NCBI GenBank assembly: GCA_030040895.1
Contig: JASHSJ010000013.1
Location: 57,414 to 121,413 of the forward strand
DNA: 64,000 nt
Reading direction: 5' to 3'
Source of the DNA: Candidatus Micrarchaeota archaeon
GTDB lineage: Archaea > Micrarchaeota > Micrarchaeia > Micrarchaeales > Micrarchaeaceae
A program made the translations under genes and the position numbers. Each line of letters starts with the position of its first letter. The stretch's first letter is position 1. The notes under the pieces were generated by a model, which searched no databases, was not told the origin of the DNA, and saw only the letters and a list, made by a program, of their open reading frames with translations. This document shows positions 35,599 to 44,931 of this stretch, one piece after another.

Positions 35599-35753
35599 GG
35601 TTTCACCATTTCAATATCTAATATCTGCATATCCTTAAATATCTATCGACGTATTTCCGTCATAAAATATGATAAAAACAAAATTCCAGTATTTAAGCAG
35701 TCTTTTATACTTTTGTTGACAAGGCAAGTTCAGATGATCAATTGATAAAAATA

Positions 35754-36485
35754 ATGCTTGACGGAAACCCGGAACTAGAGGGAATGGCGCTTATAGAGGG
35801 GTTTCCAGGCGCAGGACTGGTAGGGCCGATGGCGGTAAGCTACATCATAGACAAGCTTGCCATGGAGCCGATAGGACACATAGAGAGCCCAGACTTTCCC
35901 CCGCTCATAGCGGTTCATGGCGACAAGCCGATGTACCCTGTCAGGATATACTTCAGCAAGAAGGCAGGAATAATCGCCCTGTTTGCAGAGTTCGCAATAC
36001 CAATCGAATCAACGTATGACATAAGCAATGCACTCTATGATTTTGCGAAGCAGCACAAGATCACAGAAATAGTTTCAATCGGTGGCATTCCATTCAAGCC
36101 GGAGCAAATCCCAACAGATCAGGTTTTCTTCATAGCGTCAAACGAGGACATGCGCGCCAAGGCAACAAAGGCTGGCCTCAAAGCGGTTGGAGAGGGGGTG
36201 GCAACAGGAGTGAGCGCGCTGATAATGATAAGGTCAGTTTCTGAGGGCATGCCGGACTTAAGCATACTCGTTCCAATAGATCCAAACATACTGGATCCGA
36301 AATACGCTGAGATAGCGATAAAAGGGCTCAACAAGGTCATGGGTCTCAACATAGACACTACTGAGTTGGATAAGGAGGCAAAGGATGTTGAGGCGAAGGT
36401 CAGGGAGCTCATGAAGAAGAACAAGGAAAGGCTTGATGTCCATAGGCAGATAGTCGGTGGGGAGGGCCCTTCAATGTACGGCTGA
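35754..36485 (+). CDS. PAC2-family proteasome assembly chaperone (second paralogue)
   Basis: The ORF opens at TTG 35742 and the ATG is at 35754. It has MALIEGFPGAGLVGPMAVSYIIDKL. The C-terminal ...GPSMYG fits a HbYX-type tail. Confidence 0.75.
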   Translation: MLDGNPELEGMALIEGFPGAGLVGPMAVSYIIDKLAMEPIGHIESPDFPPLIAVHGDKPMYPVRIYFSKKAGIIALFAEFAIPIESTYDISNALYDFAKQHKITEIVSIGGIPFKPEQIPTDQVFFIASNEDMRAKATKAGLKAVGEGVATGVSALIMIRSVSEGMPDLSILVPIDPNILDPKYAEIAIKGLNKVMGLNIDTTELDKEAKDVEAKVRELMKKNKERLDVHRQIVGGEGPSMYG

Positions 36486-36524
36486 GCCGTAGCTTTTTAT
36501 TGGTTCTAGGGGCAATCTTAGTAA

Positions 36525-36628
36525 GCAGGGGTTCCAGAGTCTGGTCTGGCTTAACGCCACAGAAAAATGGGCAGGACTTAAGATCCTGTGGCCTAGCGCC
36601 TTCGAGAGTTCAAATCTCTCCCCCTGCA
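36525..36628 (+). tRNA. tRNA-Leu(UAA) with a 20-nt D-loop intron
   Basis: Acceptor GCAGGGG/CCCCTGC+A; anticodon stem CAGGA/TCCTG with loop CTTAAGA; variable arm TGGCCTAGCGCCTTC; T-arm GAGAG-TTCAAAT-CTCTC. There are 20 extra nt in the D region. Removing 36546-36565 gives D-arm CCA-GAGTCTGGTAA-TGG, almost identical to the tRNA-Ser D-loop. Confidence 0.85.
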
Positions 36629-36735
36629 CATGTTCCAAGATCAGCAATACCGATCCTAATTTTGCAATTTCCCATAGTCTTTATATATCAGAAAAAACAC
36701 ACAGACTGTCGACTGAGACATCATATGTGATCAAA

Positions 36736-37857
36736 ATGGGCGAGGGCATCGGTTTTTTCCATAAACGGAGAAAAACGCCGAATAGTGAAGAAGCTCAAGT
36801 TCCTGGAGTTAGGACAGAAAGCAAAATCCCAGGGAAAAGGATAGAGGAACCAATAGATCTGGCTTTATCAAAAATGAGCACCGATGTCATAAGAGCCGAT
36901 TATCAGAGGGCATCGGAATTACTAAAAACCACATTAGGCCTAGAAGTGGATTTATCTAAGACAAGTTTTTGCCTCATTGACCCACGCAAAGACCCTCCAA
37001 AATCTATAGAACAGGATGCAATTGCGCTCAATGCGGCTATAGGAACTCCAGTTTTTGAGACTGCAGCGACCAACAATCAAGAATGGATGCGAGATGCGAG
37101 TATCCTAGTTACTTCTCGTTACGCTTCTTCTATGGCAAGAAGCCTAATAGTCAGGGCACTCAGGGTAGAAGGCAACAGTCTTTCTAAGACAATTAATAAC
37201 ATTCAGGCTAAGGCGCAGACAATATCTATGTCGCCTTGGTTGCTAGAGTCGCTTAGCCCGGTGCTCGCTCAAGTTGTTGGCGCCCTAACCAAAGAAGCCA
37301 CATCACACCTTTTTGCTACTGAACTTTTGTTAGAAAAGAAAATAGAAGGACCATTTTCTGATACGGGGGTTTTAGAAAAGGGCAGACAGAATTTAAAAGA
37401 CCCAATTTCCATTGGAATGGCATTAAGGGACACAGCAGTTGTTGATTTAGGTCAATTAGGCTTGGATGTACCACATTATACGCTAGTGTCGCATCAAGAA
37501 GGATGGTTTGAAGTGGGAGAAGGGCGACCAAATTCACTGGCACGTGCCTTGAGGAATGCGCAATTAATTATATCAGATGCGCCATCTTTGGTCAAAGAAT
37601 CGTTTCAACACGCATTTGCCCATATTCCAGAACCCAAAACAATCGATGAGCTCAAGACCCAGCTTGCAGCTGCGGCCAGCGCCCCAGTCGCGGCTTACAG
37701 GGCTAGTGGAACATTCACTATGCTCGAGGCATCGTTCTGTGTGCTAGGGCATCTGGCAAGCGACCGAAGTACCGATTACAAGAGATTGCTTACAAATCCA
37801 TCCACGTTGTTTTTCGTGCAGAAAAATGCTGGGCCAAGTAGCGAAATCTTCAGATAA
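36736..37857 (+). CDS. hypothetical protein (orphan, no motif recognised)
   Basis: The ORF opens at GTG 36727 and the ATG is at 36736. About 373 aa, soluble, A/L/S-rich. The one 60-nt line I counted was 31/60 G+C, slightly above the neighbours. Confidence 0.6.
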   Translation: MGEGIGFFHKRRKTPNSEEAQVPGVRTESKIPGKRIEEPIDLALSKMSTDVIRADYQRASELLKTTLGLEVDLSKTSFCLIDPRKDPPKSIEQDAIALNAAIGTPVFETAATNNQEWMRDASILVTSRYASSMARSLIVRALRVEGNSLSKTINNIQAKAQTISMSPWLLESLSPVLAQVVGALTKEATSHLFATELLLEKKIEGPFSDTGVLEKGRQNLKDPISIGMALRDTAVVDLGQLGLDVPHYTLVSHQEGWFEVGEGRPNSLARALRNAQLIISDAPSLVKESFQHAFAHIPEPKTIDELKTQLAAAASAPVAAYRASGTFTMLEASFCVLGHLASDRSTDYKRLLTNPSTLFFVQKNAGPSSEIFR

Positions 37858-37937
37858 ACACTGGTTCTAGCAAGTCTTAAATAGCTTAAGAAAAAAGTAT
37901 ATCCGCTGTTTATTCTGGCAAGACAGAGGACACTTGC

Positions 37938-39380
37938 ATGAAAGACAATTATGATACTATTGTTGCAGGAGCAGGCATAGCTGGCTCTCTGGCAGCAGCC
38001 GCAGCAGCAAAGACTGGTCTTAAGGTTCTTCTTCTTGACAAGAACAAGGAGGAGGAAGTAGGAAAGAAGACAAACTGGGGTTGGGTGTGCGGCGACGCCG
38101 TAGCAGCTACCCATCTAGATTTTGTCAAGTCAAGACTAGGGATAAATTTTGGAAAACCAGAACTCGATCTCAAGGTTGAAGGGGTAATAGCATTCTCGCC
38201 AGATTTGCAGTCAAAGTTTCCGTTTGATGGCGAAGGATATGTTCTTGATAGGCCAGAGTTTGAATCAAAGCTCAAGAACCATGCAATAAAGTACGGCGCA
38301 GAATATGTATCTGAATTTGATGTAGAAGGCCCAATAATAGAAAACAACAAAGTAGTTGGCATATTCGGAAAAGATAAAACAATGAAGCATTTTGAGATAA
38401 GGGCCAAGGTAACGGTTGATGCCCTTGGCGTAGCAACGAATCTCAGGAGAAAGCTTCCAGAAAACCCATATATTGACAGGACAGTTGAAATAGACGATCT
38501 TGAATACACTGGAAGATTCATCTATGACTGCGAAGTAGATCATGAAGATTCACTCTGGTATGACAGGAAAAATGCGATAATACATTTGAACCAGAACTTT
38601 GCGCCAGGCGGTTATGGCTGGGTATTCCCAAAGAGTGGTGAAGGAAGGGTTAACATAGGTTTGGGAATACAGCAAGCAAGCCTCAACATATACAATCAGA
38701 AACTAGGCAAGAAGGCAACACTCCACTCGCTCATAGATGATTATGTCAAACTCAATCCAGTGCTAAAGAATCCAAAACTTTTCAACAAGAATAACAACGG
38801 CAAGGGCTATTGGTCTGTTGCAGTAAGAAGGCAACTAGAATGCCTTGTCTTTGATGGATATGTTGGAGCCGGAGACAGTATGGCAATGCCAAATCCAATA
38901 AGTGCTGGTGGGATAGGACCAGCGCTTGTTGCAGGTGTTCTAGCTGGAGAGAACGCCGCAAGGGCCATTCATGACGGAGATGTCAGCTTGAAGGGACTAT
39001 GGAAGTACAACCTCGACTTCAATGAAGCATATGGAAGCAAGACAGCAGGAATGGAAGTGTTCAGGACATACTTGCAATCGCTCAACAACGACACCATAAA
39101 CTATGGAATGAAGAACTTCCTTACTACAAAGGAAGCGGTTGACCTTTGCTATGGACTCATACCGGAATTGAGCATGGTATCAAAGTTCAAGTTAGCGCTA
39201 AAGGGAGCAACAAACATAAGCGCATTCACGAATCTAGTCTATTCTGTAAAGAAGATGCGTGAGCTCAACGAGATATACACCAGGTATCCAAAAACCCCAG
39301 ACCAATACAAGCCATGGAGAGAAGAAGTAACGATGAAAGTTGAGGAAGTAAAGCAGAAGTTCAAGCCAAATCCTATTTAG
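37938..39380 (+). CDS. geranylgeranyl reductase family (digeranylgeranylglycerophospholipid reductase-like)
   Basis: 480 aa. FAD-binding N-terminus YDTIVAGAGIAGSLAAAAAAKTGLKVLLLDK, and later GDAV and GAGDSMAMPNPISAGGIG blocks. Confidence 0.85.
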   Translation: MKDNYDTIVAGAGIAGSLAAAAAAKTGLKVLLLDKNKEEEVGKKTNWGWVCGDAVAATHLDFVKSRLGINFGKPELDLKVEGVIAFSPDLQSKFPFDGEGYVLDRPEFESKLKNHAIKYGAEYVSEFDVEGPIIENNKVVGIFGKDKTMKHFEIRAKVTVDALGVATNLRRKLPENPYIDRTVEIDDLEYTGRFIYDCEVDHEDSLWYDRKNAIIHLNQNFAPGGYGWVFPKSGEGRVNIGLGIQQASLNIYNQKLGKKATLHSLIDDYVKLNPVLKNPKLFNKNNNGKGYWSVAVRRQLECLVFDGYVGAGDSMAMPNPISAGGIGPALVAGVLAGENAARAIHDGDVSLKGLWKYNLDFNEAYGSKTAGMEVFRTYLQSLNNDTINYGMKNFLTTKEAVDLCYGLIPELSMVSKFKLALKGATNISAFTNLVYSVKKMRELNEIYTRYPKTPDQYKPWREEVTMKVEEVKQKFKPNPI

Positions 39381-39388
39381 ATGATTAT

Positions 39389-39568
39389 ATGGCAGCAGAT
39401 GAAACATACACCAAGTTCGAAAAAGCAAGGATCATAGGCGCAAGGGCACTTCAGCTCGCATATGGTGCACCGCCATTGGTAAAAGTACCTGGAGGAATAG
39501 TAAATCCGATCGACTTGGCAGAACTTGAGTTCCAGAAGGGAACCATACCAATAACTATCTTGAGATAG
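39389..39568 (+). CDS. rpoK: DNA-directed RNA polymerase subunit K (Rpo6)
   Basis: Absent from the ORF track because it is 59 aa. Translated by eye: MAADETYTKFEKARIIGARALQLAYGAPPLVKVPGGIVNPIDLAELEFQKGTIPITILR, with a TAG stop at 39566-39568. It carries the canonical RpoK/omega core. Confidence 0.85.
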   Translation: MAADETYTKFEKARIIGARALQLAYGAPPLVKVPGGIVNPIDLAELEFQKGTIPITILR

Positions 39569-40352
39569 GCGGAGCACCCTTCTTGGACAACGACTTCGGA
39601 GTTCCTATTACTTCCCCTCTAAGACCAAAAAGGGTTCCGTTCTTGTAATCGAACACCTTATTCCTGAAGATAGGGCTGAGATTTTCATCTATATTTTCGT
39701 TCACAGCCATCCCCATGATAAGGTCATTGAAAGCAGGAAAAACTACCATTTCAGCATTCCGGTTTATTTTTGGATATCTTTTCCTTGCATTTGCATAGCT
39801 GAGTTTTGACACAAGCCAAGCTTTCTCAAAATAGATTCCCTTACCTTTGTCTTTTATCCTCACTGCCATATGATTATGCCCGGCAAGTATCCACCTTTTC
39901 TCCATTGCCTCTTCGCTAGGCCACACATGTCCATGTATGAGCGCAAAATCACCAACAAATAACTCATCCGATATCTTCAAATCAATTATATCTTCAAGAA
40001 ACGGGTCATGATTGCCTCGTACCAGGAGCACTTCGTAATCTGATAGCTCATCGAAGAATCTCTCTATCTCTCTTCTTTCAGCACTGTCAGGATGCAGTAC
40101 ACTTTCCTTCACATCACCTAGTATGGCTAATGCGGTAGCGTTGTTCTCCTTTGCAATTTTCTTGATCCTCTGGGCCATTACGGCGCTGGCGTCGTAGACT
40201 TTTACGCCTCGTTTGAAGAATCTCTTCTCAGCGCCTATGTGGAGATCACCAATGACTATGTAGTTCTTGTTCTTCTCCCTTATTCTTAGGGCTGGCTCTC
40301 CATAAACAAAGCGCAATTGTTCAGACATAATATGTCTATTGCATGAATCCAT
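39555..40352 (-). CDS. metallophosphoesterase (calcineurin-like, MJ0037/TIGR00024-like)
   Basis: 265 aa with GDLHIG, GDVKE, GNHD, GHVW and GHNH metal-ligand blocks in the canonical order. Confidence 0.8.
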   Translation of the reverse strand: MDSCNRHIMSEQLRFVYGEPALRIREKNKNYIVIGDLHIGAEKRFFKRGVKVYDASAVMAQRIKKIAKENNATALAILGDVKESVLHPDSAERREIERFFDELSDYEVLLVRGNHDPFLEDIIDLKISDELFVGDFALIHGHVWPSEEAMEKRWILAGHNHMAVRIKDKGKGIYFEKAWLVSKLSYANARKRYPKINRNAEMVVFPAFNDLIMGMAVNENIDENLSPIFRNKVFDYKNGTLFGLRGEVIGTPKSLSKKGAPPISR

Positions 40353-40385
40353 AAATAGATTTGCAGATAGAATCTATTGGTATAG

Positions 40386-41468
40386 ATGGCAATAATACTA
40401 TGTAAGATAGCAGGAGTGCCAATAGAGCTCCACTGGACATTCATACTGCTCTTTGTGATAGCGCTCCTGACGAGCATCGGCTTCCTGGCAATACTCGTGG
40501 CTCTATTCGCCATGGTAATATTACACGAGCTTGCCCACGCACTAGTCTCTAAAAGGAATGGGATCCGAGTTAAGAGGATAATACTGATGTTCCTGGGGGG
40601 AGGTACGATTATAGACCAAGAAGCAGCATCGCCAGAACTTGCGTTTAGGATAAGCCTTGCGGGACCACTTACTAGTATAATTCTGGCCTTGCTTTTCGGC
40701 ATGGCAGCAATATTTGCACCAGCAGGGATAATTAGATACTCGCTTCAGCTCTTGTTCGAGATAAACATACTTCTTGGCATATTCAACATACTGCCAGCAT
40801 TTCCGCTTGATGGCGGTAGGATACTCAAGAGTTATCTTGAGAAGACGCGAAACAACATTGATGCAACAAAGTTAGCGGTCAGGATCAGCAAGATAACCCT
40901 AATTCTATTCATAATCGCCTCTGTGATATACACAGCAGCTTTCACAAGCGCATCGCTCTACGATCTCTACTTTGTGACAGTCTGGGATATAATAATCATA
41001 ATGTTTGTTTATACAGGAGCTGATGCAGAGCTCGAGATGGCAAAGATATCAGACTCCGTAAAGAATCTCAAAGTTTATGAAGTTATGAGCCAGAACTTCA
41101 TAACCATAAAACCAGCAACAAAGATGAGGAATGTATATGGCATGCTGCTAAGGCACAAGACCAATATCGTGCTTTTCACCAAAGGCAACGGCATTTTTAT
41201 AGTAAACAGCGGAAAGAAGGCCTTCTCGCAGAACTTGCTCGATTCTAAGGCAGAGAATGGCGCAGCAGAAATACCAACAGTCAGGAAAAACGACTCTATA
41301 GCAAAGGCACTTGGTGTAATGCGATATGAGCAGGCCACAATACTTGCCGTAACAAGCGGTAGAAGGATAGTAGGGATTCTTACCGGAGATCATCTTGACT
41401 CTGTTATAGCTCTTCATTCGGCCAAGGCCTCGGAGGAAGGCCGCAAAGGCGAAACAAGCGCAAAGTAA
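40386..41468 (+). CDS. site-2 protease (peptidase M50) with C-terminal CBS pair
   Basis: 360 aa. HELAHALV zinc motif within TM helices, NILPAFPLDGGRIL, and two CBS-like modules at the C-terminus. Confidence 0.85.
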   Translation: MAIILCKIAGVPIELHWTFILLFVIALLTSIGFLAILVALFAMVILHELAHALVSKRNGIRVKRIILMFLGGGTIIDQEAASPELAFRISLAGPLTSIILALLFGMAAIFAPAGIIRYSLQLLFEINILLGIFNILPAFPLDGGRILKSYLEKTRNNIDATKLAVRISKITLILFIIASVIYTAAFTSASLYDLYFVTVWDIIIIMFVYTGADAELEMAKISDSVKNLKVYEVMSQNFITIKPATKMRNVYGMLLRHKTNIVLFTKGNGIFIVNSGKKAFSQNLLDSKAENGAAEIPTVRKNDSIAKALGVMRYEQATILAVTSGRRIVGILTGDHLDSVIALHSAKASEEGRKGETSAK

Positions 41469-41513
41469 TAAAAAGCTGCCATTTCCTTATTATCCCAGGC
41501 GATTGGTGCAGGA

Positions 41514-44500
41514 ATGCTATACCTAGAGGAGCTTGCAGTCCGCAACTTCAAGTCTTTCAGGAATGCTAGTATAAGGTTTAACAGCGGCTTCAACTGTGTA
41601 GTAGGGCCGAACGGCTCCGGCAAATCAAACATATGCGATGCAATATTGTTTGCGCTCGGAGAAAATTCTCTTAACAGACTCAGGGCAGTTGATGACAAGA
41701 CAGGAAGGAAGTCAGTAGGGCTTCTCATAAGCAAGCTTCTCAAGGGAGACGCCTCATCAAGGAGAGCCACAGTAAGAGTCAAGTTCGGTGGAGGCAAGAG
41801 TATCGAGATAATAAGGAGCGTAAGAGCTGACAAGAAGGTTGGATATAGGCTGGATGGGAAGAGGGTCACAAGGAAGGAAGTCATAGAAGTCCTAAGGTCA
41901 GTACAAAGCGAGCTTACGGATGCAAATGCAATAACGCAGGGAGAGATCGCAGACCTTTCAAAGCTCAATCCTAAGCAGAGAAGGGAACTCATAGACATAG
42001 CGGCAGGAATAAGCGAATTCAACGAGAAGAAAGACGCATCAATAAGGGAACTAGATCACGTTGATGCAAAGATAAACGAGGCAAAGGTGATGCTGGGGGA
42101 GAGATCAAGCTTCCTCAAGGAGCTGGAAAAAGACAAGGAGAACGCAGAGCGCTACACAGAGCTGAACGACGGGATAAAACGCATGACATACACCAGGCTC
42201 AAAGTCAGGGAGAACCAAGTTACAAAGGAACTAGAGGGCTCAATAGGCTCGATCAAGGAAAACACCACATCAAGGCAGGAACTGGCGAAGAAGATAGGAG
42301 ACATTGACGCAAAGGTGCACACGCTTACCTCAGAGAAGGAAAGGGCAACAAAGACTCTAAACGCAAGATCCGGAGAGGCAGGATCAACAGCAAAGCTGCT
42401 GGAAGAGACGGAGAAGAGCTTAGCGGTAGGCATTGCAGACCAGAGGTCAACAGATGAGAACATAAAGCAATCCAAAGTTAGAATATCAGAATATGGAGAA
42501 GAGACCGCCAAGATCAGTTCAAAGCAAAAGGAGAATAACCAGGAAATAAGCAAGCTTGACGTAGAAATAGGCGCGAAGAGCAAGAACATGCCGGAGCTGA
42601 GTGGAAATGTGGCAACTCAGGAAGGGATACCTCTTGCAGAGAGATACGAAGCCAACTCAAAGGAGCAGATAACAATAGGAGAAAAACTAAGATCACTGGC
42701 CTCTGACGAAGCCAAGATGAAGGCAGAGTATTCCAGCATGGACTCTTCTATGACAGAAGTTCACAAGCTCGCGAATGAAAGGGGCGCAGAGAGAACTCTC
42801 TTAATCGAGAAGATAAAGTCAAAGAAAGATTCTGTAACCGTAATGCAGAAGGACAAGAAGGAACTAGAAGACGAGTACAAGAAGCAGAGGTTAGAGCTCG
42901 AGAAGTTAGATGCACAGATCGGTGAAATATACAGGATGGAGATAGAACTCAGAGAGCAACTTTCCCAGATAGGTAGGGATGCGCAGTCAAGAGTGGGAGA
43001 TTGGCTAAAAAAGAACATGAAGAAAGGATTCTATGGGACGCTCCACGATCTGATTACTTATGACGAAAAATATTCAGTCGCGGTAACGGCCGCAGCAGGA
43101 CAGAGATTGGGTTATTTCGTAGTAGATTCAATAGAAACCTGCAACCAGGCAGTAGGACTGCTGAAGCAGAACAAAGTTGGAAGGGCCACATTCATACCGC
43201 TCAAAGAAATAAGCGCAAGGCCAACGAAGGATGTAAACGGGGCACAGCAACTACTTTCTGTTGTATCAACAGAAGCAAAGTACCAGAAGGCGCTGGAATA
43301 CACATTCTCGAATACTTACATAGTTGGCAAGATAACAGATGCACAGAAACTAGGAGTAGGCACATCAAGATACGTCACTCTAGAAGGAGATCTCGTAGAG
43401 CCATCTGGCATAGTCACCGGCGGAATGGCAAGGACGCAGAATACGCAGGCTTCGCTGGAGGCCAAGGCAAAGAAACTTGAGAAGGAAAAGACCGAGGCTT
43501 CGGCCAGAAAGAAGGAGTTGGAATCAACGCTAGAACTCATAGGAAAGAAGATCGGAAGTCATGAAGCAAGCATTACGAATTACGAGCTTGAAGTGAAGCA
43601 GCTCCTCAAAGATGAGGAAGAGGCCAACAGGGCCATAGACGACCTTACTGCAAGGTCAAAGGTCTATGCCGACAGGATAGCAAAGGTAAATTCACAGATA
43701 GACATAGCAAGGACAGACATAAAGAAGTTTGAAGAAGAGCTCAAGAAAATCAGGGAAATAGGAAGTTCATTGAATACTGCTTTGCAAGGTGTACTACTAC
43801 AGGCAGAGAGGGGGGCAAAGGGCAAGAAGGACATAGAGAAATACAAGCAGCTTGCAGAGGAGATCGCAAAACTCAAGGAACAGAGAACAAAGCTGGACAC
43901 TGAAAATAATGTTGGATCAAAGAGGCTTGACGAGTTATCCCATCAGGTGCAGAAGGAAAAGGCAGAACTTTCCACTCTTGAGTCAAGGAAGAAGGAGCTA
44001 GCCACCTCGCATACTGCCCTCGAGGCACAAAGAAAAGAGCTAGAGGAAACCCTTAAGGCGCAGGGAGCAAAGAATACTGGATTGATAGACCAGATAAATG
44101 ACATAAGTGATAAAGTATCAAAGCTGAGCCAGGAGAATGGGAAGTTCCAGAGCCAAATAGACAGGATAGAAAGGGACATGATAGCCATAGAGGCAAAGAA
44201 GGGCCAGCTCGAAACTACACTCAGCGACATAAAGGCAGAGCTGGTAAGGAATCCAGTAATGGAGATTATAGAGGGAGCCAGGATAGAAGATCTGGAGCTA
44301 GAGATAACAAAGGACAGGGTAAAGCTGGAGGCACTAGGAAGTGTAAACCTCAAGGCACCCGAGATGTATGCCGCGAAGAAAAAGGATGTAGACGAGGCAA
44401 ACCAGAAACTATCAACGCTGGAACTCGAGAAGGACAAGATAATCCAAGCAATAAACGAGCTAGAATCAAAGAAAACAGGAATATTCATGGAGACGTTCAA

Positions 44501-44924
44501 CAGCGTGAACGAGAACTTCAAGAGGCTGTTCAGCTATGCGTTTAACGGAGACGCAGCGCTAAAGCTGCAGGATCCAAAGGATCCATTCAACTCCGGGCTT
44601 GTTTTCGAGGTCAAGACCACAAGAGGGGAAGACAACACATCCTTGTTCTCGGGAGGTCAGAAGGCAATGCTGATGATAATAATGGTTCTGTCTATAGTCG
44701 TCAGAAAGCCAAAGTCGTTCTACATATTCGATGAAATAGATGCTGCGCTCGATAAGGAGAATACAAAGTTGCTTTCAAAACTTATAAAAGAACTGAGTGC
44801 GAAGTCACAGTTTATAGTGGTTAGCCACAACGACACCATGATATCATCTGCTGACACGGCCATAGGGGTTGTCAAGAGAAACGGAGAATCACAGGTTGTC
44901 GGTGTGCAGTTGACCGCCAAGTAG
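41514..44924 (+). CDS. smc: chromosome segregation protein SMC
   Basis: 1136 aa. N-terminal Walker A GPNGSGKSNICDAILFALG, long coiled coils flanking a hinge (GTLHDLITYDEKYSVAVTAAAG), and C-terminal FSGGQKA plus FYIFDEIDAALD. Confidence 0.95.
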   Translation: MLYLEELAVRNFKSFRNASIRFNSGFNCVVGPNGSGKSNICDAILFALGENSLNRLRAVDDKTGRKSVGLLISKLLKGDASSRRATVRVKFGGGKSIEIIRSVRADKKVGYRLDGKRVTRKEVIEVLRSVQSELTDANAITQGEIADLSKLNPKQRRELIDIAAGISEFNEKKDASIRELDHVDAKINEAKVMLGERSSFLKELEKDKENAERYTELNDGIKRMTYTRLKVRENQVTKELEGSIGSIKENTTSRQELAKKIGDIDAKVHTLTSEKERATKTLNARSGEAGSTAKLLEETEKSLAVGIADQRSTDENIKQSKVRISEYGEETAKISSKQKENNQEISKLDVEIGAKSKNMPELSGNVATQEGIPLAERYEANSKEQITIGEKLRSLASDEAKMKAEYSSMDSSMTEVHKLANERGAERTLLIEKIKSKKDSVTVMQKDKKELEDEYKKQRLELEKLDAQIGEIYRMEIELREQLSQIGRDAQSRVGDWLKKNMKKGFYGTLHDLITYDEKYSVAVTAAAGQRLGYFVVDSIETCNQAVGLLKQNKVGRATFIPLKEISARPTKDVNGAQQLLSVVSTEAKYQKALEYTFSNTYIVGKITDAQKLGVGTSRYVTLEGDLVEPSGIVTGGMARTQNTQASLEAKAKKLEKEKTEASARKKELESTLELIGKKIGSHEASITNYELEVKQLLKDEEEANRAIDDLTARSKVYADRIAKVNSQIDIARTDIKKFEEELKKIREIGSSLNTALQGVLLQAERGAKGKKDIEKYKQLAEEIAKLKEQRTKLDTENNVGSKRLDELSHQVQKEKAELSTLESRKKELATSHTALEAQRKELEETLKAQGAKNTGLIDQINDISDKVSKLSQENGKFQSQIDRIERDMIAIEAKKGQLETTLSDIKAELVRNPVMEIIEGARIEDLELEITKDRVKLEALGSVNLKAPEMYAAKKKDVDEANQKLSTLELEKDKIIQAINELESKKTGIFMETFNSVNENFKRLFSYAFNGDAALKLQDPKDPFNSGLVFEVKTTRGEDNTSLFSGGQKAMLMIIMVLSIVVRKPKSFYIFDEIDAALDKENTKLLSKLIKELSAKSQFIVVSHNDTMISSADTAIGVVKRNGESQVVGVQLTAK

Positions 44925-44931
44925 TGGTCTT

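Noticed and set aside
37949-38521. 190-aa minus-strand ORF within the geranylgeranyl reductase gene, and likewise 40286-40702 (-) overlapping the phosphoesterase 5' end and the M50 protease gene, and 44889-45383 (-) within the signal peptidase gene.
   Set aside because: They overlap confidently assigned genes on the other strand and show antisense-type composition (S/P/T/F-rich) with no motifs.
41414-44521. Several long minus-strand ORFs inside smc (41414-42022, 42152-42589, 42761-43018, 43943-44521).
   Set aside because: All are S/F/L-rich antisense readings of the E/K/L-rich SMC coiled coil. The plus-strand 1136-aa SMC is continuous with both head motifs.
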